A DNA stretch of 24,112 nucleotides from a virus (taxonomy: Duplodnaviria > Caudoviricetes): the IMG/VR virus record IMGVR_UViG_3300030207_003756, positions 1 through 24,112 of that record. One strand, given 5' to 3'. Under the pieces are notes generated by a model. It was given only the letters and a program-made list of their open reading frames with translations, searched no databases and was not told the origin of the DNA. Shown piece by piece: positions 15,506 through 24,112 of this stretch. The translations under genes were made by a program, and so were the position numbers. Within the stretch, counting starts at the first letter, position 1, and every line of letters starts with the position of its first letter.

Positions 15506-17509
15506 ATGGGTAGAATTATTTTAGATCCAAAAGCTTTTGCCCCAGCGCAGAACATGGATTTTTCTCGGCAGCCAGGCAGACCTGTAGCTTCTCAATGGAT
15601 GACGCCTAGTGGTGTTACAACCGCTGTTAAGTTAGCTAGTTTGCTTGGTGGTTTGCGTCTACCCAGGGGCTTGTCTGACCCCGCTGTTGATGCAGAAGGT
15701 CAAGCTCTCCAGTTTGCAGCACAGAAACGAGCAGAAGCTAAGCAGGCCATTGAGGATCGTGAAGTTGATGTTCGTCGTCGAACTGAGGAAATGACTGCGG
15801 GTGACTTCGCAGCAGCAGGCCCACAGCAGCGCTTGTCTGCAGACCAGCAAAAAACCATCGACGACATGCGTGCTATCGGAGGTATGTTTTCTAACGTTGT
15901 TGCACCTGATGAAAGCTCTGGGGCGCAAGGCATTTTTGCAGAACGTATGGTTAGCCAGCGTCCTGAGGCGCAACGATCTAAAACTTTTATGCAAAAGTTT
16001 TTAGGCCCGCATCCTTCAGTTGAATTTGGAGATGTAAAACGCGTCAAAAGAAAAGGCGCTAAAGTAAAAACCGCAGACGATCCAATGGCAACGCAGTATG
16101 TCCCTGACCAAGATCCTTCTTTTAGGGATCGTTTTCGGGGTAAGCCGGTAAAACGCCCTGATATACTTGATCAAGACCCGCAGGCTATGGTTGCTCAAAT
16201 GGAGCAGGACGCAGGTGAGGGTCTTATAAGTAACTTACTGCAAGACGGTGAGCGTGCTTTTAGCAATGTCTTCAATAAAGATATTGAAACCTTGCAACAG
16301 TATTTGTTGCAACAGGGATATGGCGTAAAGATTGACGGAAAGTTTGGCACTGAAACCCTAAGAGCAATGCGTGCTCATGCTCAAGACTTATCTGCTGGCA
16401 AGCGTGGTCCCCTGCCTATGTCGCAAATTAATTCTTTCGTAGATCTAGCGCTCGAAGATTTGGTTGCAGACAAAAACGAAAAAGTTTCACCTGTTGTTGA
16501 GTCGTTAACTAGATCGCAAATGTTAGAAGTGCTTTCAGAATTTAGAAAAAAACGAGGTCAAATTACTAACGCCATAGCTAAATCGGGCGGCGATACACAA
16601 CAGGTTGCAATGTATGAAGAGTTGCTCATGAAGCAAGTTCGCCGCAAGTCTCGAGTGCAAGCAGCTTATGATGCTGGGGAGATCGCTGGGTTTGAAGAGC
16701 TTGGTGTGAGATACCCTGGCCTCAAACGAAGAATGACAGACCAAGAGCTTACAGACTTCACCGACATGCAACAGGCTCGGTTTATGCGGGACAAGAAAGC
16801 TGAAGATCCCTACTTTGGTTTAGCCCCGAGGGATGCTTTAGAGGCGATAATTGCTGATGCTCCTACTGAAACCACAGCGGAGGGACAGCGTAAACTCTTA
16901 CGTCTCGCCGCCAAATATACGCCTGACTATGCAACATTCGGGGATTACTTTTTTGATACTCGTAAAGATAGAATGCTGGAAAACGCTGATCGTTTGAAGT
17001 CTTTGTTTCCGGCGATTGAAACAGGACCGACGCCGCTCGACAAAGCAAAGCTAGCAAAAACAGAAAGCGAAACAGCACTGAACAAAGCGAAGAGAGCAAA
17101 AGTTAGTGCTGATACCATGGAGACTCTGCAAGATATTGCAAAGAGCAGGGGGAAGAAGCGACCAAAGTTAGACAAAACATTTGAACGTTTATTAAAAGAT
17201 TCTAACTCAGTGTTTGATGATGCCGCACAGATCAGGGCACGTAAATTTAATCTAAAAAGTGATAGCAACATGTCCACCGAGGACGTGATGAAGGCACTGC
17301 AAAGTTCTAACTTAACTGCCCCGCAAAAAGCTGAGCTTGTAGAGGACATGGCATTGATTGCTCGAATGAAAAATCAAGCAAAAAAGTTAGTTCGCAAAGG
17401 CCAGGAAGCTGAGCGCCAGGGTAACTTTGCTTTGGCTGACAGAAACTACAAAGAACTTATGAAGCTTTTATATCAAAAAGTGCCAAACGCTTTTGACGAA
17501 AAGAAATAA
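15506..17509 (+). CDS. Putative ejection protein with internal peptidoglycan-binding domain
   Basis: 667 aa, helical. DIETLQQYLLQQGYGVKIDGKFGTETLRAMR (~16280-16372) matches the PG_binding_1 consensus LQ..L...GY...DG.FG..T..A. AGGAG RBS. Confidence 0.7.
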   Translation: MGRIILDPKAFAPAQNMDFSRQPGRPVASQWMTPSGVTTAVKLASLLGGLRLPRGLSDPAVDAEGQALQFAAQKRAEAKQAIEDREVDVRRRTEEMTAGDFAAAGPQQRLSADQQKTIDDMRAIGGMFSNVVAPDESSGAQGIFAERMVSQRPEAQRSKTFMQKFLGPHPSVEFGDVKRVKRKGAKVKTADDPMATQYVPDQDPSFRDRFRGKPVKRPDILDQDPQAMVAQMEQDAGEGLISNLLQDGERAFSNVFNKDIETLQQYLLQQGYGVKIDGKFGTETLRAMRAHAQDLSAGKRGPLPMSQINSFVDLALEDLVADKNEKVSPVVESLTRSQMLEVLSEFRKKRGQITNAIAKSGGDTQQVAMYEELLMKQVRRKSRVQAAYDAGEIAGFEELGVRYPGLKRRMTDQELTDFTDMQQARFMRDKKAEDPYFGLAPRDALEAIIADAPTETTAEGQRKLLRLAAKYTPDYATFGDYFFDTRKDRMLENADRLKSLFPAIETGPTPLDKAKLAKTESETALNKAKRAKVSADTMETLQDIAKSRGKKRPKLDKTFERLLKDSNSVFDDAAQIRARKFNLKSDSNMSTEDVMKALQSSNLTAPQKAELVEDMALIARMKNQAKKLVRKGQEAERQGNFALADRNYKELMKLLYQKVPNAFDEKK

Positions 17510-17512
17510 AAC

Positions 17513-20500
17513 GTGGCCGAAAAAAAATTCACTACCATATCAGATCTAAGCACTAATCGTGAGCGGCAAGAGCAGCCTATTGGTGACGACCCTGTACAAG
17601 AGGCTCCTGCTGTAGCTCAGGGTGGTGACCCTGTTGACGAGGTTGGCGCAGCCGAAGCGTTGACGGTTGGCCTTGCTCGGTCTGTTGGTGGGTTGGTTGC
17701 TGGTGGTGTTGAGGGCCTTGCTGAGGGCGTGGTTGGTGCATTCACGGGCGAGGGTGAGGCGTATGAGGACAGCTTCAAGCGCCATGAGGATTTGTACAAA
17801 GAGCGCGCTGGTCGTGAGACGTATGAGAACACGCTGTCTGACATGGGAGATATCTTTAGCGCTCCAATCGTCATTGCTCAATCTGTTTGGAACAATATGT
17901 GGCGGCCTGATGGCTACAGCAGAATGCAGGCAATGGGCTCTGATGTCGGCGAGGATGCCATACTGGGACTAAAGTGGACAGCGCAGAACATTGACAAAGC
18001 ATCTAAAGCTTATCCTGTCAGCACTCTGATGATGGCGTACAGTGGGGCTAAGGCGCTCGGCTCCGCAGGTCGAGCCTTTCGTGCTGCGCCGTCAGTTCAA
18101 AAAGCCCTAAAAGATATTGAGCCCATCGCAAAAAAAGTGGAATCGGTTGTAAACAAAGAGGTTAAAGACCTCGGTCTTCCCGACGCTATTAAGCAAGAGC
18201 GTAAGCTTGTTGATACGACTGAGGTTCCTGGCACGTTGTACTCTCGTGCTATTGGTGACGAGGGTCTTACTATATCAGACTTAGTCAAGCCGTCACTGTA
18301 CGGTGCCGGTGCTGGTATGCTCGTTGGCGCTCCAGAGTGGGGAGCTACCTTAGGTCTGGGCGGTCGTTACATTCAGGGTGTGTTGTCGTCGCGCAGTCCG
18401 GGCAACAGAGATATCGTTGGTGGCGTTGGTCGGTTACTCAAGCACACGTCTGCTCAGTCAAGACTGTCTGATGAAGTAGCGATTCGTTCTTTGTTTCAGA
18501 ACGCACCGCAAGCGTCTGCCGCTTTAGACACAGCAGGTTTGATGATTGCCGACGCCATCAAGAACGGTGTTAAGTTTTCAGACGATGTCCTCAATAACAT
18601 TGGTGAGGTAAGCGGCGTCAAAGAGCTTATGGATGTGCAGCCGTCTTATTCCTTTAGATCAATTGATGGTAATCTAATGCAAGGCGGCCCAAGCAACGCA
18701 GGGGTGCCACGCCAGCTAAAGGTAGCTCGAGGTAGAATCTCCCAGAAAACTGCAGACGCTTTGGCTGAAGTTGAGCAACTACTCAAGGAGTCGTCATCGG
18801 AACAAATGATGGGGTACACCATCACTGCGCTTGATGATTTGCTGTCTGGTGAAAGCACGCAGTATGCTAGGGATCTCGGTGTAATGGGCCGAGCAATGGA
18901 CATTGTTCGACAAAAGGCACCCGACCTAAACACTAAGCAGTTACGCCAGGTTGAAGAGTTGTTTCAAAAGGTTTCGTTAGGCCCTGTGTTTGGCCGACGA
19001 AGTGTAAACCCTGTCATCAAACTCGGCGATGAAACCATAGATGCACGCACCATTATTACTGATGCCTGGAAAGGTCTTAACGACAAACAAAGAGGGCAGG
19101 TTGCTGGCAATGTGGCGCTGTCTTTGGTTGAAGATAACAGGGGCATTGTGCGCAGCATTGCTGCAGCAAGGGCTCTCGATCGTGAGTCTCTTCGCATTTT
19201 CAAAGGTGATAAGAATGCTGCCAACACAGTGGCGTCGTTGCTAGCCAGTGATAATTTATTACAAAGAATAGAAGGACAAAGAGCCTACGCTGATACGTTG
19301 ATTGATTCCGTTTTCTTGCGCGGCGATACAGTGCCTATGGTTAGCCCTGCCAACCTATCATTCAATGAGTTGGCTAACCTTATTAGTGATATGTATTTGG
19401 TTGACGAGGCAGCGCAAAACAGCCTGGTCACCATGCTCGAGTCAAAGCTGCAGCGGAAGCTTGGCCCTGACGAGGGCGCTGCTGCACGAGCTAGGTTGTT
19501 GGAAGTTGTGTATGAGCTATCAGATGTAGGCAACAAGCGTCATGATCTAGGCAAGATGGGCAGCGAACTGTCTCGTAGTATTGTTGCTGATGGCTTAGAA
19601 GACAACCGCATGTTGCAGCATTTAGACGGCATGGTTCACACTGGCTTGGTATCTCCCAGTGAGTTTGCCATGATTAAGAACAACGGCCTGACCGATGCCT
19701 TTGGTATTAATTTACAAACAGCGGGTGATGGTCGAAGCATCCGTGCTCCTTTGGCTAATACTTATTGGTGGTTACAAAGCAGTATCAACAACCATCCTCT
19801 CATGGGTTCCGTCGCTAAGCTGACAGGCCACATCAAAGCTGCGTATACTATTTTAAACCCAGCGTCTCACGTCAATAACGCAGTAAGTAATATTGGTTTG
19901 TTAGCTATGGACAGAGCCATGGACCCAGTGTCTGTTGTTGTGGGCTCGGTTGCTAATGGCCGTAAGTTATCAGAGTGGCGTGCGGGTAAGAAGTTTTCAG
20001 AACGTGACAACCGTATCTACGACAAAGTAAGTAAGATGGGTTTTGCTGAGGGTGATCTGATCGCTGCAGAAATTAGAGCGTTAGGTAATATGAACCCAGG
20101 CTATGGCGCTCCACCTTCGGTCGTTACAACGCTTGATGCAGCCAAGCGCTTTGCTATGGAGACGGGCCGCAAAGCAAAAGACATGGCCTCAGAAACGTAT
20201 CGTCTTGGTGATTCAATCTTCAAAACAGACGAAGCTGTTCGCCGAATGAACATGGTTCTTGATAAGGCTGATGCTCTTGAGGACGGTCAGTTCTTAGATG
20301 TCAACACAAGTAAAGCAACAAAGACTCGGATTCGCAAAGAGAACGGCAAGCTTCAGATTGCTGGTCGCCGAGATATTTATGACGTAGCATCTGCACATGC
20401 ACGCATGATGGCCAACGATTTGTTCTTTGATTACAGCCAAAGGCCAGGTGCTCTTCGTATCTTAGATCGGTTCGGTGGGCCAACATCTCTTATCAACCCC

Positions 20501-21466
20501 TACCTGACTTGGTACTGGAAGGCGATGGGTATTGGCGGTGATGGTTTATTCAAAAGAATCAACAACTTAGAGATCGAGTACAACACAAGCAGTCCCACTC
20601 TGCTTTTGCAGCAAGCACTTGGCACTTGGGGTAAAGAGGCCCGCAAGGCTGCGGTTATCAATGGCATGCGTTCTGAGTTTGAGAAGTACCCAGAGGAGCT
20701 AGCTGAGGCTTTGAGGTATAACGGAGATGAGAGCAGGCAGTTTCTCTTTTACGAGATGGCTAACCCTAACGTTCTTCAGTACCGTGATATCACAAACATG
20801 AACTACCTCAATCCCACGGGTACCTTCTATCAGCTTGTGGGTACGATAGTTGCAAACATGAAAGACAGCGATCGTTCAAAGCTGCTGAACGCCACAGGTC
20901 AACAAACATACTTGCGGCCCATCCTTGAGATATCGGGCCTGTCTGGCGGCCCAGCCTACGACATCTTCACAGCAGCAAGGAAAGGCAGGATGACCGTTGA
21001 GGATATCCTTACGCCTTTTATTGGTGTTGGTCTGACGCAGACAGTCATCGCTGGTGCTCGTTTGTCCGGTGTTGTTGATAGCGACATGAGTAACTTTGAT
21101 CGGCTAATGGCGCTACCTGACGACGCCCGCAACTCAGCAATGGAATATTACTTTAGACGTATCTCATCCATAGGATGGCAAAAAGATTTTCTGTTCGGCA
21201 AGATTAAGAAAAGGCCAGGCCGCATTACTAGGTATCTCAACACACTCAAGCGGAACCTAAAGAAAAACTTAGTGGTGCCAGTTATTGAGGACGCAAGGGC
21301 TGGGGTTGCCGACGGTGAGAAGATCGCAGAGTCTTTAGCTCTTGCTAATCAAATGTATGGCCGTCGCTTGCAGGAGTTGTTCGCAGCAGCAAAGCATACT
21401 TATCCTGATTTTGTTTTTCCTGCTGATGCTATAAAACCAATCAAGCTAAGGAAGACAGATCTATGA
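17513..21466 (+). CDS. Large internal virion / DNA ejection protein
   Basis: 1317 aa, Ala/Gly/Leu-rich and helical, with Gly-rich hydrophobic patches. LNPASHVNNAVSN and FFDYSQRP...INPYLTW motifs recur in large podoviral ejection proteins. GTG start. Confidence 0.7.
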   Translation: MAEKKFTTISDLSTNRERQEQPIGDDPVQEAPAVAQGGDPVDEVGAAEALTVGLARSVGGLVAGGVEGLAEGVVGAFTGEGEAYEDSFKRHEDLYKERAGRETYENTLSDMGDIFSAPIVIAQSVWNNMWRPDGYSRMQAMGSDVGEDAILGLKWTAQNIDKASKAYPVSTLMMAYSGAKALGSAGRAFRAAPSVQKALKDIEPIAKKVESVVNKEVKDLGLPDAIKQERKLVDTTEVPGTLYSRAIGDEGLTISDLVKPSLYGAGAGMLVGAPEWGATLGLGGRYIQGVLSSRSPGNRDIVGGVGRLLKHTSAQSRLSDEVAIRSLFQNAPQASAALDTAGLMIADAIKNGVKFSDDVLNNIGEVSGVKELMDVQPSYSFRSIDGNLMQGGPSNAGVPRQLKVARGRISQKTADALAEVEQLLKESSSEQMMGYTITALDDLLSGESTQYARDLGVMGRAMDIVRQKAPDLNTKQLRQVEELFQKVSLGPVFGRRSVNPVIKLGDETIDARTIITDAWKGLNDKQRGQVAGNVALSLVEDNRGIVRSIAAARALDRESLRIFKGDKNAANTVASLLASDNLLQRIEGQRAYADTLIDSVFLRGDTVPMVSPANLSFNELANLISDMYLVDEAAQNSLVTMLESKLQRKLGPDEGAAARARLLEVVYELSDVGNKRHDLGKMGSELSRSIVADGLEDNRMLQHLDGMVHTGLVSPSEFAMIKNNGLTDAFGINLQTAGDGRSIRAPLANTYWWLQSSINNHPLMGSVAKLTGHIKAAYTILNPASHVNNAVSNIGLLAMDRAMDPVSVVVGSVANGRKLSEWRAGKKFSERDNRIYDKVSKMGFAEGDLIAAEIRALGNMNPGYGAPPSVVTTLDAAKRFAMETGRKAKDMASETYRLGDSIFKTDEAVRRMNMVLDKADALEDGQFLDVNTSKATKTRIRKENGKLQIAGRRDIYDVASAHARMMANDLFFDYSQRPGALRILDRFGGPTSLINPYLTWYWKAMGIGGDGLFKRINNLEIEYNTSSPTLLLQQALGTWGKEARKAAVINGMRSEFEKYPEELAEALRYNGDESRQFLFYEMANPNVLQYRDITNMNYLNPTGTFYQLVGTIVANMKDSDRSKLLNATGQQTYLRPILEISGLSGGPAYDIFTAARKGRMTVEDILTPFIGVGLTQTVIAGARLSGVVDSDMSNFDRLMALPDDARNSAMEYYFRRISSIGWQKDFLFGKIKKRPGRITRYLNTLKRNLKKNLVVPVIEDARAGVADGEKIAESLALANQMYGRRLQELFAAAKHTYPDFVFPADAIKPIKLRKTDL

Positions 21467-21858
21467 GCGGATTCCCTCCCAACTTCAGCCCTAGTGAATT
21501 CAGGTGTAAGTGCAAGGGTAAGTATTGCGATGGCAACAGCCCTCAGCCTGACCGCATTCGTCACCTGGCCTGGTCGCTCCAACGCATCAGAAACGAGATC
21601 GGTTTACCCATGCGTATCAACAGCGCATACCGATGCCCTGAGCACAACCGTGCGGTGGGTGGATCGCCAGGATCGTATCACCCTCAAAGCCTAGCTGCTG
21701 ATATTCACATAGACCACGTTCCTACCAAGCAGATAGCTGACCAGATAGAAGAGCTTATGGAGTACAGCAAAATCCCTGATGGCGGCCTTGGCAGATACAA
21801 GACGTTCACGCACTATGACATACGCACAGTGCCAGCGCGATGGGGGTCCAATGAATAG
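21463..21858 (+). CDS. Peptidase M15 family endolysin (zinc peptidase)
   Basis: NFSPSEFRCKC, RINSAYRCPEHNRAVGG, SYHPQSLAADI (H-x6-D zinc ligands) and GLGRY..FTHYDIR. ATGA overlap with the upstream gene. Confidence 0.92.
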   Translation: MSGFPPNFSPSEFRCKCKGKYCDGNSPQPDRIRHLAWSLQRIRNEIGLPMRINSAYRCPEHNRAVGGSPGSYHPQSLAADIHIDHVPTKQIADQIEELMEYSKIPDGGLGRYKTFTHYDIRTVPARWGSNE

Positions 21859-22534
21859 CCCGTTCACATTGCAACCAGTGCCCACCGGTGATGCAACCGC
21901 TCGTTACGAGCGGCTGAGTCACGGTGGTACAACCTGGCATGACCTAATGCCTACGCCTGCTAATGGTACAGATGGTACCATAGGTGCTGCGTTCACCTGG
22001 CCTAACTTCAACGGCGAGTCGTTTGTTAGCATTGGCGACCCAACAAAATTAAAATTTGCAGGAGCGTTCACTATTTGTTCTTGGCACAGACAAAGCACAG
22101 CTCCCCCAAGGCAAGGCAATGAGAGAATAGTAAGCAGAGATGCTGGTGGCAATGGGGTCCGACCGTTCCTTATGAGTCAGGATGAAATAACAGGACTCGC
22201 CCAAGCGTTTGTTTATAGCAACGCTTTCAATAATGTGCAGGCGTCTGGCAATTATGCAACGAACACCTATCATATGATGTGCCTTGTCAATGAGGGCGCA
22301 GGTGGCGATCTGTTGCTTTATATGGACGGCACGTTGCAGGGTACAGCGGCAGGAAAAGGCGGCGCAGTTCCTAACTGGTTAAACATCGACACCGAGTTTG
22401 GACGCCATCAAATGGCAAACAATACGACAGATTACTTTACAGGCGAAATCGACACAGTTCGTTTTTATGGTCGTGCTTTGTCTGCCGATGAAATACTTAG
22501 AGACTATCATGCCGGCAAGCCGGCGCATCCATAG
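21851..22534 (+). CDS. LamG / concanavalin A-like domain protein (probable virion surface or receptor-binding protein)
   Basis: TWHDL..NGT, FNG..FVSI, FTICSW, YHMMCLV, LLLYMDG and FTGEIDTVRFYGRALSADEI are LamG_3 hallmarks. Start re-assigned to ATG 21851 (GGGGG upstream, 8-nt overlap with the endolysin gene) instead of 21779. Confidence 0.88.
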   Translation: MNSPFTLQPVPTGDATARYERLSHGGTTWHDLMPTPANGTDGTIGAAFTWPNFNGESFVSIGDPTKLKFAGAFTICSWHRQSTAPPRQGNERIVSRDAGGNGVRPFLMSQDEITGLAQAFVYSNAFNNVQASGNYATNTYHMMCLVNEGAGGDLLLYMDGTLQGTAAGKGGAVPNWLNIDTEFGRHQMANNTTDYFTGEIDTVRFYGRALSADEILRDYHAGKPAHP

Positions 22535-22542
22535 GAAGAACA

Positions 22543-22908
22543 ATGAGTGTAAACTATTCTATCTTAGCCAACAATCCAGTCTGGAACGGCAACACTACCA
22601 TCTCCGACGCCACAACAGTACCTAAGTTTGTGCCTGCGGCAGGGGTCGACCCGTCGAGTGGGGGAGCCATGATGGTCACTGTTCCATCTGGTTACCGAAC
22701 TGTAACGATTTCAAACGTAGGTTCTGTCAACCTGTTCTTAGCAGACAGTTCTAAGATGCCATCGGCAGCAGCGGTAACAGTCAGTCCTAATGGTATCCTT
22801 CTTCAGCCTGGGGCAGCGATCACCATTGGTTTATCTGGTGCTGATCTGGTTCTTTATAACCAATCAGAAGCCACCGATGGGTCGTTTGTTTCTGTCAGTT
22901 ATTCTTGA
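22543..22908 (+). CDS. Small beta-sandwich protein (possible decoration/spike protein)
   Basis: 121 aa, AGGAAG RBS. RTVTISNVGSVNLFL...GILLQPGAAITI pattern. Last gene of the late operon. Confidence 0.65.
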   Translation: MSVNYSILANNPVWNGNTTISDATTVPKFVPAAGVDPSSGGAMMVTVPSGYRTVTISNVGSVNLFLADSSKMPSAAAVTVSPNGILLQPGAAITIGLSGADLVLYNQSEATDGSFVSVSYS

Positions 22909-22962
22909 CGGACCCTGTCTAGCTTGCTAGGAGTTGCTCAACTCCTGTGTGGAGTGTGGGTT

Positions 22963-22997
22963 GAGAGGGGCTCCCTTAGGGGAGCCTTTCTTTTTTT
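22963..22997 (+). terminator. Rho-independent terminator of the late operon
   Basis: GGCTCCC-TTAG-GGGAGCC perfect stem (22969-22986), extendable with G.U pairs, followed by TTTCTTTTTTT. Located at the point of strand convergence. Confidence 0.9.
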
Positions 22998-23167
22998 CTG
23001 CACCTCTCGCACCTAGGTTCTTCCTTCCACTCCTTGACACTTCGATCAGCGATCGGCTCGGTCGAGTGAGCGCTGCACTCAGGGCACCTCCACTTGCGGT
23101 AGAGGCGCAGCCCTGGCCCGTGGAACAGGCTGAACTTTGGTCCTGATGCTTTGCGTTTTCGGCTCAA
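22976..23167 (-). CDS. Small zinc-finger-like protein (CPEC...CERC)
   Basis: 63 aa, basic, two CxxC pairs. Start overlaps the upstream gene's stop by 4 nt. Confidence 0.65.
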   Translation of the reverse strand: MSRKRKASGPKFSLFHGPGLRLYRKWRCPECSAHSTEPIADRSVKEWKEEPRCERCRKKERLP

Positions 23168-23373
23168 ACGGTGATCGTCAATCTACTCAAGAACTTCATC
23201 CACTCTCGTTGTGTCGTTGGCTTCTCGCAAGCCTCGATGGGTCTGGTGATTGTTACATCTTCCCACTGATCTCTGTGTGCTTTCCACTTTTTCGCTTCAG
23301 CTAGGCTGTTGTAATACCAGATCGCCCACCCATCCTCTTCGCTATGTATAGTAACCTTATAAATCTTAGCCAT
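23164..23373 (-). CDS. Hypothetical protein
   Basis: 69 aa with a strong AGGAGG RBS, packed between the ATPase and zinc-finger ORFs. Confidence 0.75.
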   Translation of the reverse strand: MAKIYKVTIHSEEDGWAIWYYNSLAEAKKWKAHRDQWEDVTITRPIEACEKPTTQREWMKFLSRLTITV

Positions 23374-23381
23374 TGTTCCTC

Positions 23382-24011
23382 CTAAAAGTATTTGTTTGAT
23401 GTTCGTTTGTCTGGCCCAGCTAGGCGATACACCCTCGCCATCTCGTTGAGCCTGCTTGCCCCTGCTGCCCCGACGAACTCGTGTAGCTGGTCAGGCTTGA
23501 GCGTGGTGGTGATGAAGGTGCGACGGTCCTCGTTGTACCGCTCGTCGATGATGTAGCGCAGGGCGTTGATCTTGAAGTCGGTGGCACTGCCAACACCTAC
23601 GTCGTCGAGCATGAGCAGGGGAGCCTTCGCCAGGCTGTGGATGTATGATGTCCTGCTGCCTGTGGCTGAGTCGCCGAGCAGGTCCATGGTCATGTACATC
23701 TTGTACTCGCTCACCCAGATAGGTTTGCGTGGGCCATTGTCGAGCATCCAGTAGTCATCCTTTTGCTCAAGCTTATCCTGCACACAAGCATTGAAGAGAG
23801 AAGTAAGCCATGATGTCTTGCCTCTGCCTGGCGCAGCACAAGCGACGACCCACTTCTTCGATGCCCATGTCTGGGCCTTGGGTGTCAGGCAATACTCAGC
23901 CAACTCATCGCACCATTTATCTTTGGTAAGATCGGCGAGTCTTGCCCCCCGAAACTTTCGAGGGACACCGAACTCGGCCAGGTGTGTTGTTAGGTTTGGT
24001 GGTTCTGTCAT
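23382..24011 (-). CDS. DnaC/IstB-like AAA+ ATPase (putative helicase loader)
   Basis: GVPRKFRGARL N-terminus, Walker A APGRGKT, Walker B LLMLDDVG, IIDERY...TFITT and SRLNEM....L.GPDKR. Confidence 0.88.
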   Translation of the reverse strand: MTEPPNLTTHLAEFGVPRKFRGARLADLTKDKWCDELAEYCLTPKAQTWASKKWVVACAAPGRGKTSWLTSLFNACVQDKLEQKDDYWMLDNGPRKPIWVSEYKMYMTMDLLGDSATGSRTSYIHSLAKAPLLMLDDVGVGSATDFKINALRYIIDERYNEDRRTFITTTLKPDQLHEFVGAAGASRLNEMARVYRLAGPDKRTSNKYF

Positions 24012-24013
24012 TG

Positions 24014-24112
24014 TTACTCCGTAAGCCAGCCCAGTAGAGGGCTGACGAGTGTGAGTGCTACGAGTATGCGTGCTGCAATCGTAGCGAGTGTGTCGTTGTG
24101 GTCGATAAGGAA
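24014..24112 (-). CDS. 3' end of a truncated ORF with hydrophobic C-terminus
   Basis: Frame is open from the window edge (FLIDHNDTLATIAARILVALTLVSPLLGWLTE*), with the stop 2 nt before the ATPase ATG. Confidence 0.4.
   Translation of the reverse strand, partial: FLIDHNDTLATIAARILVALTLVSPLLGWLTE

Larger units (their letters stand above)
1..24112. mobile_element. Tailed dsDNA phage genome segment (podovirus-like morphogenesis operon plus start of a convergent replication module)
   Basis: TerL, scaffold, MCP, portal, adaptor, nozzle, ejection-like proteins and endolysin are co-oriented with overlapping start/stop codons. There is no tape measure, tail tube or sheath candidate, and no host housekeeping genes or att/integrase. 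Free phage and prophage cannot be distinguished. Confidence 0.95.

Noticed and set aside
17582-17642. Short imperfect duplication GDDPVQE / GGDPVDE near the start of the 1317-aa gene
   Set aside because: Only two degenerate copies in a disordered N-terminus; not an array or CRISPR-like repeat.
21779-21850. N-terminal extension of the LamG ORF
   Set aside because: Overlaps the endolysin catalytic C-terminus; ATG 21851 has an SD-like run and a normal short overlap.
494-22273. Numerous 60-140 aa antisense and alternative-frame ORFs nested in the large genes
   Set aside because: Fully overlapped by well-supported + strand genes, with no recognisable motifs; consistent with shadow ORFs.
22934-23146. 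70-aa + strand ORF with CVEC
   Set aside because: Runs through the terminator hairpin and is antisense to the better-supported zinc-finger ORF.
1-24112. Alternative genetic code, CRISPR array, tRNAs, diversity-generating retroelement
   Set aside because: All three stop codons terminate genes at tight junctions under code 11. No repeat-spacer array, cloverleaf, reverse transcriptase or TR/VR pair was seen by eye.

Overview
This window is a segment of a tailed dsDNA phage (Caudoviricetes, podovirus-type morphogenesis module). No host genes, integrase, tRNA, rRNA or CRISPR array are evident. The + strand (1-22908) is one tightly packed late operon. In order it encodes a 5'-truncated Lys/Ala/Arg-rich protein, terminase large subunit, acidic scaffold, major capsid protein, a cluster of small membrane or basic proteins including a holin-like gene, portal, head-tail adaptor, tail nozzle, three beta-rich structural proteins, three probable ejection proteins (one with a peptidoglycan-binding motif), an M15 peptidase endolysin, a LamG protein and a small beta protein. 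The operon ends at a strong intrinsic terminator. Converging from the right on the - strand are a DnaC/IstB-like ATPase and small ORFs. The most striking observation is absent from the ORF track. The holin-like gene ends on a double slippery sequence (G GGA AAA AAG). Its -1 frame has no suitable start codon, stays open to a TAA that directly abuts the next gene's ATG, and encodes four amphipathic beta-strands ending in an outer-membrane beta-signal (GTVGMKWRW). This suggests a programmed -1 frameshift giving a ~141-aa fusion of the holin and an outer-membrane beta-anchor, possibly a new kind of single-gene holin/spanin. All product calls rest on motifs recognised by eye and on gene context; no database searches were run.
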